This document shows, piece by piece, positions 1-9,022 of a stretch of DNA of 64,000 nt. Source of the DNA: Patescibacteria group bacterium (GTDB taxonomy: Bacteria > Patescibacteriota > Microgenomatia > UBA1406 > GWC2-37-13); contig BPJE01000002.1 in the NCBI GenBank assembly GCA_026004455.1, positions 5,207 to 69,206 of the forward strand. Reading direction: 5' to 3'. The notes under the pieces are model-generated. The model saw nothing but the letters and a program-made list of their open reading frames with translations, ran no database searches and was not told where the DNA came from. Numbering within the stretch: position 1 is the first letter of the stretch; every line of letters starts with the position of its first letter. A program made the translations under genes and the position numbers.

Positions 1-595
1 GACAGATTGTTACATAGTTAGACAAAATCTGAATAATCAATCATTAATTACCATACCCTTTTAAACAATACGTAATACTTGCCATCAGGCATTAATAGTT
101 AATTTCTATCTCTATAATACCATATTTCGCTTTATTTAGATACTTACTTTTTTTGTACTTCCCTCATACCTCTTTTAACATCATCACTCAATTTATCTGA
201 ATCTTATTTGGAAAAAACAAAAGATATATCCAATAGTATTTTACCTACTGGACTATTTGCAAAAGTAAAACCAATAAAATGTAAATTCTGAATAATTTGT
301 TTATCAATTAGGTTAATATTTTCTTCTATATCCTTCATATTTTAAAGCAATTTACCAAAATGCCATAAGATAATGCCGTCATACTTGCCTTTCTTAATTT
401 ACGCAAATAGTTTTCTAAACTTAGTACGTATATCAACTCTTCTTTTAACTCTGCTTTTCTTTAATGGGGTTATATTGTCTTTTAAAAAACTATAAGCTTT
501 ATTTTCGACTAATTTCTCACACTCAATAATCTGTTAGACTAACGATCTTATTTTTCTTTCTTTGCTTTTTTTGGGCTTGCGGACATACATAACAT
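1..595 (-). pseudogene. Serine recombinase (resolvase-type catalytic domain plus start of recombinase domain) relic; runs off the left edge
   Basis: One minus-strand frame from ATG 590 reads MYVRKPKK..RSLV*QIIECEKL..KGKYDGIILWHFGKLL*N..SPVGKILLDISFVFSK*DSDKLSDDVKRGM. Block order is resolvase-like, but there are 9 in-frame TAA and Pro where the catalytic Ser is expected. Confidence 0.5.
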
Positions 596-614
596 AGTGA
601 TTTAGAAGATTTAC

Positions 615-1547
615 TCACTCAAAAAGCAGATTGTCAAATATTTTTCTTGCAGTTTCTTTAACAAACATATTTTCAGTCGCTCCTATAACTCTTACTTCGT
701 AAATATATTTAGGTGTCGTAAACATTGTGTATTGGGCAACATTAATAATTAGTTTACCTCCTGAATTAGGATAATATTCAGACACACTGAGGTCATATAC
801 TTTTTTATTCCACCTGTTAACTTCGCTAAACGAGTTAATAACATATGCTGATGCTTCCATCTCTTTTTCCTCAGCAATATTGTTAAACGATTGGAGCTTA
901 TTTTGTAATAAATCTAACATAGTTAAATTGGTTAGATTATTTGAATTCGGAATACAACTAACTACAACAGCGGATGAAATATAGCCGCTAGCTTCTTCAA
1001 TTGTGGCATACATTGCTGCAGCCTGTTTATGTTCTTGATGGTCTGTAATTAGTTTTGAAAGTAAGTTTGGGTATACTCCACCACGAGGAAAATCCCAAAA
1101 TCTTCCAATATCATCATCGTTATTTAAAGACGGCTGTCTGTTTGAGTCAACTGAAATATAATAAGGTTTTTCTTTAGGAGGAATTGGAAATTTTACTCCA
1201 CATTTACCATTACTTTTGTATATCCACCCGATAGGTAAAGTAGTTACTGGTTGTACTGAAGGTGTTATTGACGGAATATTCTTTTGTGTAGGATTATTAG
1301 AAACAACTAAAGTAGTTGAAGTTCTTTGTTGAATAATTTTGGTTGTAGATTGATTTTTTTTTGTACCTAAATAGTAGCTAACTAATCCAACTAAAACAAT
1401 AACAAAAATAATACTAATAATTATTGGCAGATTAATCTTAGGAACATTAATCGGAGAACTTATGGTCTTGTTTTCTTCAGGAATAGACTGAAAGGATGGT
1501 GTTTGAATTGGATGAGTTGTTTGAACAATATTATCTGTATTATTCAT
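615..1547 (-). CDS. hypothetical protein: N-terminal TM anchor, Ser/Thr/Pro-rich linker, globular C-domain
   Basis: Uninterrupted ORF 615..1661. First ATG at 1547 (MNNTDNIV). Hydrophobic segment INLPIIISIIFVIVLVGLVSYYLG. No family recognised. Confidence 0.6.
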   Translation of the reverse strand: MNNTDNIVQTTHPIQTPSFQSIPEENKTISSPINVPKINLPIIISIIFVIVLVGLVSYYLGTKKNQSTTKIIQQRTSTTLVVSNNPTQKNIPSITPSVQPVTTLPIGWIYKSNGKCGVKFPIPPKEKPYYISVDSNRQPSLNNDDDIGRFWDFPRGGVYPNLLSKLITDHQEHKQAAAMYATIEEASGYISSAVVVSCIPNSNNLTNLTMLDLLQNKLQSFNNIAEEKEMEASAYVINSFSEVNRWNKKVYDLSVSEYYPNSGGKLIINVAQYTMFTTPKYIYEVRVIGATENMFVKETARKIFDNLLFE

Positions 1548-1581
1548 AATTTTATTAATTTCTAAACTTAGACGTAGTAAA

Positions 1582-1609
1582 AGTATAGCAAAATTTCTTA
1601 ACTTTTCAA
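1582..1609 (-). promoter_or_regulatory. sigma70-like promoter candidate for the 615..1547 ORF
   Basis: Minus strand reads TTGAAA (1609..1604), a 16-nt spacer, then TATACT (1587..1582), about 35 nt upstream of ATG 1547. Confidence 0.3.
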
Positions 1610-1797
1610 CAAACAGCTTATATCGCTTAATGAGCTTTTCTTTTTTTGTATTTCTTCTCAAATTATTGTTAAATCTTTAACTTTTTCTTTATCAGACAAA
1701 GCAATAATTTCTTAAACATATTCATACAATCATACTTCAGTTTATTTTTTCGATAGGTAACGGAAACGAACATAATCGTTTTATTTTCTCAAGTTTT

Positions 1798-2076
1798 TTA
1801 ATAGCCATTTACAGTGGTTCTTAACGCTCTTACAGCCTCTAGAGTATTCTTAGATATATTCAGTAGTTTCCAAATCACCTCTTTGAATATTTCCTCTGTT
1901 TTGCTGATAAGCTCTTTCCTTTTAGCTTTAAGTTCATCAAAATTTGATGAATCTAGACCCCAACGTTCTTTAATCAACCGAATATATGTCTTCGCGATAT
2001 TAAAAATATATTTTAGAATATCAGATACATCCCGTAGAGGATTCTGTGTTTTGAAGGATAAGACCTTTACACTTAG
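1798..2076 (-). pseudogene. start-less 92-codon open frame (Lys/Glu-rich helical fragment), probable gene remnant
   Basis: Minus frame LSVKVLSFKTQNPLRDVSDILKYIFNIAKTYIRLIKERWGLDSSNFDELKAKRKELISKTEEIFKEVIWKLL..TTVNGY*. It has no upstream ATG/GTG and is bounded by TGA at 2077..2079. The tracked + ORF 1814..2083 is its antisense shadow. Confidence 0.3.
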
Positions 2077-2800
2077 TCAGTAAACTTATCCCGTTTTAAA
2101 TTAGACATTAGTTTTGTTCCATATAATTTCATTAAGTATTTACAGTTTTCTTAAACACCTTAACTTTTTTAATAAACGGCTAAGGCTTACATAGATTTAT
2201 AGCTTAAATCTAGTTTTAGAAATAGATCTAAATATAAAAAGTATCAAGCTTTTTAACTGAAAATATAATCGAAAACTAGGCTACCCCCCCTATCTACTTA
2301 ATTAATTAGGAAATTTTGATACTTTACCTATTAATAAAACTCAATAAGAACAAGGCTAATGATAATCTTTAACGATGAAGATATATTTCCCATCTTTAGA
2401 ATTTAATATCTTTTTAATGTTTTTAACTTTTTAGACTGTAGTCATATTTAAAGCAATAGTTTCGACATCAGGATTTACGACCTGATAATCTTCTACATCC
2501 TTTGGTATCTAGACTATTACTTTATTATCGATAGGCTTTATTTCAACAGTTTAGTTAAGTCATAAATAAAGTAAAGTTAAATTATTCTTTTTAATTTTGT
2601 TTTCCATGTTTTATTATGGCTAAAAATCAACTTAAAGAGTAATAGAAGTTAATTTACTTTCGAGTGTTACTTGTTTTTTATAAAGAATAACATCAATTTC
2701 TTCTTTACCTAGTTACACCACTCTAGGTTTTGTATAATGTGTTTGTAAAATGAGATATAATTTTTTGAGGTTTGACTAATTTTAATGCTATACTTATACA

Positions 2801-4204
2801 ATGAGACTTTATAATACTTTAACAAGAAAAATCGAAGATTTTGCTCCTTTAAATCCGCCTATTGTCACTTTTTATTCTTGCGGCCCAACTGTTTACGACT
2901 ACACTCACATCGGCCATATGAGAACTTATACTAACAATGATCTTTTAAAAAGAACCCTTATTTATTTAGGATATCAAGTCAAACACGTGATGAATACGAC
3001 TGATGTTGGTCACTTAACTGGCGATGATGATACAGGTGAAGATAAACTTGAAAAAGGCGCCAAAAAAACTGGAAAAACAGTCTGGGATGTAGCCAAGTTT
3101 TATACTGAGTATTTTTTTAAAACTATTCATGCTTTAAATATTATTGATCCCGATATTGTCTGTCCGGCGACAAAACATATTGATGAGATGATAAAAATGA
3201 TAAAAAAATTAGAAGCAAAAGGTTATACATATGAGACAAAAGAAGCGATTTACTTTGATGTTTCAAAATTTAAAAATTACGGAAAACTATCTGGTCAAAA
3301 ACTAGAAGAAAAGATCCAAAAAGCCAGAGAAGAGGTTCATATTGACCCAGAAAAAAAACATCCAGCTGATTTTGCTTTATGGTTTAAACGAGTAGGTCGA
3401 TTTGCTGATCATACAATGCACTGGGACTCTCCTTGGGGCGATGGTTTTCCTGGGTGGCATATTGAATGTAGCGCGATGAGCACCAAATATCTTGGTCAAC
3501 CAATTGATATTCACTCAGGTGGTGTTGATCATATTCCAGTTCATCATGAAAATGAAATTGCCCAATCTGAAACTGCCAATAACACTCAGTTTGTTCGCTT
3601 TTGGTTTCACAACAATTTTTTAATGGTTAATAATCAAAAAATGAGCAAATCTTTAGGTAATTTTTACACTATTGATGATCTAGAAAAAAACCAGATTGAA
3701 CCTCTAGCAATTCGTTATCTTTTTTTACAAACTCATTATCGCCAAGTAATGAACTTTACTTGGCAATCAGCCAAAGCCGCTCAAAATGCTTTTAATAATC
3801 TGAAAAAAATCATATTAACCTATAAGTCCTATAAAACCAATAAGTCTTATATGTCCAATAAATCTTATAAGACTTATTTTTCTTCTTTTATCTCCGATGA
3901 CCTACAGATTCCTAAGGCTTTATCCTTGATGTGGCAGATGATTGATGATAAAAATCTCTCTCCCCAAGAAAAATTAGATTTAATTTATGATTTTGATCAA
4001 GTTTTTGGTCTTAATTTAAAATCCTTAAAAGAAAAAAAAGAAAAAATACCAGAAAACATTATCAAACTAGCTGAATTAAGAAAAAAATATCGCCAAGAAA
4101 AAAACTTTGAAAAATCCGATGAACTAAGAAAACAGATTGAAGATCTAGGCTACACTATAAAAGACCTTAAAAATAATCAGTATGAGATTAAAAAATTAAC
4201 CTAA
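2801..4204 (+). CDS. cysS: cysteine--tRNA ligase
   Basis: HIGH motif (YTHIGHMRTY), KMSKS motif (QKMSKSLGN) and class-I CysRS layout. Carries an in-frame repeat-derived segment KSYKTNKSYMSNKSYKTY. Confidence 0.95.
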   Translation: MRLYNTLTRKIEDFAPLNPPIVTFYSCGPTVYDYTHIGHMRTYTNNDLLKRTLIYLGYQVKHVMNTTDVGHLTGDDDTGEDKLEKGAKKTGKTVWDVAKFYTEYFFKTIHALNIIDPDIVCPATKHIDEMIKMIKKLEAKGYTYETKEAIYFDVSKFKNYGKLSGQKLEEKIQKAREEVHIDPEKKHPADFALWFKRVGRFADHTMHWDSPWGDGFPGWHIECSAMSTKYLGQPIDIHSGGVDHIPVHHENEIAQSETANNTQFVRFWFHNNFLMVNNQKMSKSLGNFYTIDDLEKNQIEPLAIRYLFLQTHYRQVMNFTWQSAKAAQNAFNNLKKIILTYKSYKTNKSYMSNKSYKTYFSSFISDDLQIPKALSLMWQMIDDKNLSPQEKLDLIYDFDQVFGLNLKSLKEKKEKIPENIIKLAELRKKYRQEKNFEKSDELRKQIEDLGYTIKDLKNNQYEIKKLT

Positions 4205-6003
4205 AATTTTTGACTTTTGAATTTTGAATTTTGACTTTTTTTATATATCCTCACTGTTGGATGATCAAATACAGTTAAAGTCTCTTCAGCTCGCTCATCA
4301 TTAAAAAACTCTAAAAATTTATTATCTAAATTAAAAGGGAAAACTGAAAATTTTTTTACTAATTTAAATCCAAGCTCTTTATTAAACAACTTTTTATAAT
4401 ATTCATTTAAAATTGGAAATTCTTTTTTTAGATTATCGCAGCGATCTTTTTCATAAACAATTTTGTCAAAAATATTTTCATTTCCATCTGGCCAATAACA
4501 AGTATAATTAGCAAAAATTCTTCTTGAAGGAACAATGATATAATCAGCTTTTTCCAAATGCTGAATCAACTCTTCGTGAAGACTCGGATTAGTATCTAAA
4601 TTATAAAAATCAAAAGAAATCACCTGATAATTTGTAATTTTTTCCTTATTAATCCTATTTGATTTTTGATTTTGGATTTTGGATTTTGGACTTATTATCG
4701 GTAAATCCACCACATTAGCAGTTTCAGATAAAATATATGAATTTTCTGAGATGTTTTCATAAATCCAGTCAGATACCTGAAATCTAATATCTGGCTGAAG
4801 ATAAATTGAAAAATAAAAAATCCCCGGAATAATCAAAAATATAACTGTTATAATCTTTATAACTTTTATAATTTTTATCCTCTCCAAAAATATTATTCCT
4901 GATATTAAAAGTACCGTATAAAATGGTGCTAAAAACCTTGTCCATTTAGTAAAAATCAAAGCATTTGGCAAAAACAATCCTATTAAACTTATTAGACCTA
5001 TAAGACTAATCAGACCTATTTTTCTAATTTGTATAATGTTAATTATTAGGGCTATAAATCCTATTATTCCTATACCTCCCGTTGCATAAGGTATGACTTT
5101 TATCAACTGAAAAACCACTGGTATAGTATGATCAAACTGTTTAGTATAAAAAACTACATATCTTCCCAAACCAACATCACTTTCATATTGAATAGCGCTT
5201 AAAAAATCATTCCAATTTATAAGATTATGAGGTGAAAAAATAACAAAAAAGATAATACTGACAAAAATTAAAAAAAATATATCAAATAATTTAATTAAAA
5301 AATTAAAAAATAAAAAACGATGTTTTTTAACAAAATTATTTCTAACAATAATCAAAAAAACTGGTAAAAAAATAAAAGTTGCTGATGATATTTTTATAGC
5401 TAAAGAAAAACCTAAAATAAAACCAGACTTTAAAATAAAATTAATTACTGCTAGTTTATTTTTAATAAACAATATTCCTAAATAAATTAAATAAACATAA
5501 AGAAAAATCAACATTGCTTCAGTTGTTCCAAAATGCCCATATTGAATAGCAAATGGAGAAAAAATTAATAACAATACTGAACTAAATGAGGGTTTTTTTC
5601 CTGTCACTATTTTTATAATTTTTATAATTAATATTCCTGTCCAAACTGACATAAAAGCAGAAATTAATCGCAAAGCTAAGATTGCTTCTTCAAAACTAAT
5701 AGTAAATTGACCAAAATCAAATAAGTTTATTTCTTTAAATATCAGTTTAAAAATAAAAACTAAAATATAACCTAAATATAAAGGTAATTGTCCATAAGCA
5801 AAAAAATGAGGATGAAAACATTCTTTTAAATTTTTAAAATCACAACTTAATTGCTGCAATGCCACTGCCATATTCCTTTCATCAGGATGAAGAGGATAGG
5901 GAAGGCCCCAATCAAGACCAATACATCTTGTTATTATTAAAAAACCAATCACAAAAAGCCAATAACCGATATTTTTATAATTACTCTTGATTTTATGCCA
6001 CAT
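4201..6003 (-). CDS. multi-pass membrane glycosyltransferase, GT-C fold (ArnT/PMT, GT39/83-like)
   Basis: 600 aa with more than 10 hydrophobic helices, an N-terminal loop with PLHPDERN (DE-type motif) and a soluble C-domain. Contains repeat-derived IGLISLIGLISLIGL and SPKSKIQNQKSN segments. Confidence 0.55.
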   Translation of the reverse strand: MWHKIKSNYKNIGYWLFVIGFLIITRCIGLDWGLPYPLHPDERNMAVALQQLSCDFKNLKECFHPHFFAYGQLPLYLGYILVFIFKLIFKEINLFDFGQFTISFEEAILALRLISAFMSVWTGILIIKIIKIVTGKKPSFSSVLLLIFSPFAIQYGHFGTTEAMLIFLYVYLIYLGILFIKNKLAVINFILKSGFILGFSLAIKISSATFIFLPVFLIIVRNNFVKKHRFLFFNFLIKLFDIFFLIFVSIIFFVIFSPHNLINWNDFLSAIQYESDVGLGRYVVFYTKQFDHTIPVVFQLIKVIPYATGGIGIIGFIALIINIIQIRKIGLISLIGLISLIGLFLPNALIFTKWTRFLAPFYTVLLISGIIFLERIKIIKVIKIITVIFLIIPGIFYFSIYLQPDIRFQVSDWIYENISENSYILSETANVVDLPIISPKSKIQNQKSNRINKEKITNYQVISFDFYNLDTNPSLHEELIQHLEKADYIIVPSRRIFANYTCYWPDGNENIFDKIVYEKDRCDNLKKEFPILNEYYKKLFNKELGFKLVKKFSVFPFNLDNKFLEFFNDERAEETLTVFDHPTVRIYKKSQNSKFKSQKF

Positions 6004-6025
6004 AACTAGTATTATATTACAAATT

Positions 6026-6289
6026 ATGAAATACGAATTGACGCTTCTTCTTGAAAAAGAAGCTTATTTACAAATTGTTAAAGACTTAATTACTACTTTC
6101 AAAGGAAAATTAGAAAAAGAAGAAAAATGGGGTGAAAAAACCTTAGCTTATCCTATTGGTAAAAATAAAAAAGCTTTTTATTTTCATCTTTTAATTTCAA
6201 TGGATAAAAAAGCTATTAAAGAATTCAGACAAAAACTAAATTTTGAAGAAAAAATTATTCGTTATTTATTGTTAGTAGTTGAAAAATAA
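6026..6289 (+). CDS. rpsF: 30S ribosomal protein S6
   Basis: MKYELTLLL..KWGEKTLAYPI is S6-like. It lies directly upstream of ssb and rpsR. Start moved to the internal ATG at 6026 because the tracked 5987 start overlaps the divergent gene. Confidence 0.85.
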   Translation: MKYELTLLLEKEAYLQIVKDLITTFKGKLEKEEKWGEKTLAYPIGKNKKAFYFHLLISMDKKAIKEFRQKLNFEEKIIRYLLLVVEK

Positions 6290-6293
6290 AACT

Positions 6294-6830
6294 ATGGCAA
6301 GCAGATCTTTAAACAGAGTAATTTTAATTGGTAATTTAACTCGCGATCCAGAACTAAAATATACTCCAAGTGGCACTGCTGTTTGTACTTTTGGAGTAGC
6401 AACCAATAGAAATTGGACAACTTCAGATGGTCAAACTAAAGAGGAAGTTCAATATCATCGTATTATTGCTTGGCAAAAATTAGCTGAACTTTGCGGAAAA
6501 ATTTTAACCAAAGGAAAAAAAGTTTATCTTGAAGGTCGAATTACTTATAGAAATTATACTACTAAAGACGGTCAACAAAGATCAGTGGCTGAAATTGTTT
6601 TAGATGACTTTATTGTTTTTAACAATGGAGCAAGAAAACCTATGAGTAATAACAACGAAGAATCAAAAATTAATCAACCAGAAAAAACAGAAAAAACAGT
6701 TGAAGAAGAAATACCAGTTGAAGAAGAACCTATTGAAGAACCAAAAGTCGAAGAAGTTAATCAACCAACTGAGACAACTAATAACGAAAACGCTGAAGAA
6801 AAAATTAATCCAGACGATATACCATTTTAA
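6294..6830 (+). CDS. ssb: single-stranded DNA-binding protein
   Basis: OB-fold signature SLNRVILIGNLTRDPELKYTPSGTAVCTFGVATNR, an acidic tail, and the terminal DDIPF motif. Confidence 0.95.
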   Translation: MASRSLNRVILIGNLTRDPELKYTPSGTAVCTFGVATNRNWTTSDGQTKEEVQYHRIIAWQKLAELCGKILTKGKKVYLEGRITYRNYTTKDGQQRSVAEIVLDDFIVFNNGARKPMSNNNEESKINQPEKTEKTVEEEIPVEEEPIEEPKVEEVNQPTETTNNENAEEKINPDDIPF

Positions 6831-6868
6831 AATCAAAAATTAAAAATTAAAAATTAAAAATTTTTTTT

Positions 6869-7075
6869 ATGAATTGTTTTTTTTGTCAATACAAAACTAG
6901 TCCAAGTTATAAAGATGTTGATAATTTAGAAAAATTTTTATCACCAAGAAAAAAAATTCTAGGTCGTGATAAAACTGGAATTTGTGCTAAACATCAAAGA
7001 CAACTAACTAAACATATCAAATACGCGCGTTATCTCGCTCTAATTCCATACGTCTCATATCAAAGTTTACGATAA
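6869..7075 (+). CDS. rpsR: 30S ribosomal protein S18
   Basis: [51 protein letters not shown], in rpsF-ssb-rpsR synteny. Confidence 0.9.
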   Translation: MNCFFCQYKTSPSYKDVDNLEKFLSPRKKILGRDKTGICAKHQRQLTKHIKYARYLALIPYVSYQSLR

Positions 7076-7100
7076 TCATTTTTTTTATTATACTTAAATA

Positions 7101-7820
7101 ATGATTATCCAATATCCTTTGCCAGAAGAGGCAGAATTAATAGTAAAAAAAGGTGACAAAATAGATTTTTCAACTTGCTTATTTGAAAATAATCAAATAG
7201 AAAAAATTGAAATAAATATCGCTGCTAAACTCTCTGTTAATCCAAAAAAAATCTTTCATTATTTAAAAAAACTTGTTGGCGAAGAGATTAAAAAAGATGA
7301 TATTTTAGCCATAAAAGAAGGTTTTTTTTCCTCCAAAAAATTTCTTTCACCGGTTGACGGTATTATTACTGAAATAAATCACGATCAAGGATCAATAATT
7401 ATCAAAACCAATTCTGATAAAAAAGAAAAATATCTTTCTATTTTTAAAGGCACAGTTGATAATATTGAAAAAAATTTTTTAAAAATCAAATTAAATAAAG
7501 GTCAAAGTTTCTCTGTTAAAAATAAATCAGATGAATTTGGAGGAGAAATATTTATTTATAATAATCAATTATTTTATAATTTAAAAACTGAAGATGTTGA
7601 AGAAAAAATTATTATCAGTGAATCTCTTTCTTCATTTGAACAAATAAAACTTGAGGCTCTTGGAGTAAAGTCATTTGTTACTCTTAAATCTTTACCTGAA
7701 AATACTGATCTCAAATCAGTTTTGTTAAAAAATATCGATGACTTAAAAAAAATCACTAAAGAAAAATTTTCTTATTGTAGTTATATTAAAAATTCTGATA
7801 TGATTTATTTTTATGACTAA
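7101..7820 (+). CDS. hypothetical protein (possible lipoyl/barrel-sandwich hybrid-like segment)
   Basis: Clean 239-aa ORF. DDILAIKEGFFSSKKFLSPVDGIITEI resembles a barrel-sandwich hybrid motif. No confident family. Confidence 0.5.
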   Translation: MIIQYPLPEEAELIVKKGDKIDFSTCLFENNQIEKIEINIAAKLSVNPKKIFHYLKKLVGEEIKKDDILAIKEGFFSSKKFLSPVDGIITEINHDQGSIIIKTNSDKKEKYLSIFKGTVDNIEKNFLKIKLNKGQSFSVKNKSDEFGGEIFIYNNQLFYNLKTEDVEEKIIISESLSSFEQIKLEALGVKSFVTLKSLPENTDLKSVLLKNIDDLKKITKEKFSYCSYIKNSDMIYFYD

Positions 7821-9018
7821 TAAAAAAAGATTAAAAATAATCAATTTTATATTCATTTTAGCTTTTATTATTGTTATTTTTGGTAGTGGTTATAAACTTG
7901 GCGAACAACAATATCTAAATAATCTTCAAAAACAATTTAGCCTCCCAAACTCTTTTAACAACAATCAAACTTTTTCTAAAGTTTTAGATATTTTGCAAAA
8001 AAAATACGTTGACAAACAAAAAATTAACCAAGAAAAACTATATTATGGAGCAATAAAAGGAGCAGTTGCTTCACTTAATGATCCATACACTTTCTTTTTA
8101 ACCCCTGAGGAAAATAAGCAATCAAAAGATGATCTGCAAGGAAAGTTTGAAGGTATAGGCGCTCAATTAGGATTAAAAAACGGCCGAATTATTGTCATCG
8201 CTCCTCTTAAAAACTCACCAGCTGAAAAATCTGGAGTTAAGGCTGGTGATTTTATTAATGCTGTTGATAGTGAAAAAACTGCCGGTTGGACACTCAATCA
8301 AGCAGTTTCAAAAATTCGCGGCCCAAAAGGAACAAAAGTAAAACTCACTCTTGAAAGAAATAATAAAGAACTAACTGTTGATATCATAAGAGATGAAATT
8401 CATGTATCTTCTGTTGAACTATCATATAAAAATAATGTTGCTATTTTAAAATTAAATCAATTTGGTGAAAATACTAATGATGAATGGGATAAAGCTGTTG
8501 ATGAAATTAAAAGTCAATATGATCAGAAAAAAATTAAAGGAATGATTTTAGATCTTCGTGATAATCCTGGCGGTTATTTGCAAAGCTCAATTTATATTGC
8601 CTCAGAGTTTTTGACCATAGGAAAAATTGTGGTTAAACAACAATCAGTCAATCAAAGCCTTAATTATTATGTCGAAAGAAATGGCCGACTTTTAGATATT
8701 CCTCTTGTTGTTTTAATTAATCAAGGATCAGCTTCAGCATCGGAGATTTTAGCTGGTGCATTAAGAGATTACAAAAGAGCAAAACTCGTTGGCGAAAAAA
8801 GTTTTGGTAAGGGATCAGTTCAAGAAGCAATTGATCTTGATAAAGGAGCTGGTATTCATATCACTGTTGCTAAATGGATTTTACCAAATGGTGACTGGAT
8901 AAATGAAAAAGGTATTAAACCTGATATTGAGGTTAAAAACGAGATCGATGAAAAAAACACCTTAACACCCGATAATGACAAACAACTTGATACCGCATTA
9001 AAAGTTTTGTTAGAATAA
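7813..9018 (+). CDS. carboxyl-terminal processing protease (S41 family, with PDZ domain)
   Basis: N-terminal TM helix, FEGIGAQLG, PDZ-like SPAEKSGVKAGD, LDLRDNPGG, and NQGSASASEI (catalytic Ser region). Confidence 0.85.
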   Translation: MTNKKRLKIINFIFILAFIIVIFGSGYKLGEQQYLNNLQKQFSLPNSFNNNQTFSKVLDILQKKYVDKQKINQEKLYYGAIKGAVASLNDPYTFFLTPEENKQSKDDLQGKFEGIGAQLGLKNGRIIVIAPLKNSPAEKSGVKAGDFINAVDSEKTAGWTLNQAVSKIRGPKGTKVKLTLERNNKELTVDIIRDEIHVSSVELSYKNNVAILKLNQFGENTNDEWDKAVDEIKSQYDQKKIKGMILDLRDNPGGYLQSSIYIASEFLTIGKIVVKQQSVNQSLNYYVERNGRLLDIPLVVLINQGSASASEILAGALRDYKRAKLVGEKSFGKGSVQEAIDLDKGAGIHITVAKWILPNGDWINEKGIKPDIEVKNEIDEKNTLTPDNDKQLDTALKVLLE

Positions 9019-9022
9019 TACT

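Noticed and set aside
1814-2083. Tracked + strand ORF of 89 aa.
   Set aside because: It has the Ser/Leu/Phe-rich composition typical of an antisense shadow. The opposite strand holds a more protein-like Lys/Glu-rich open frame (1798..2076).
2600-2800. T-box or other leader upstream of cysS (and of hisS at 10160..10267).
   Set aside because: No specifier or T-box (..GGTGG..) features or terminator/antiterminator alternatives were seen. The hisS upstream region is only about 100 nt and consists of known repeat units.
5987-6025. Long N-terminal extensions in the ORF track for rpsF (5987), ssb (6279), rpmE (12991), higB-like (43317), hicA (43627), the flippase (49970) and the orphan ORF (1661).
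   Set aside because: The extensions are hydrophobic or low-complexity, overlap neighbouring genes or promoters, and family-typical N-termini begin at internal ATGs. The starts were therefore moved downstream.
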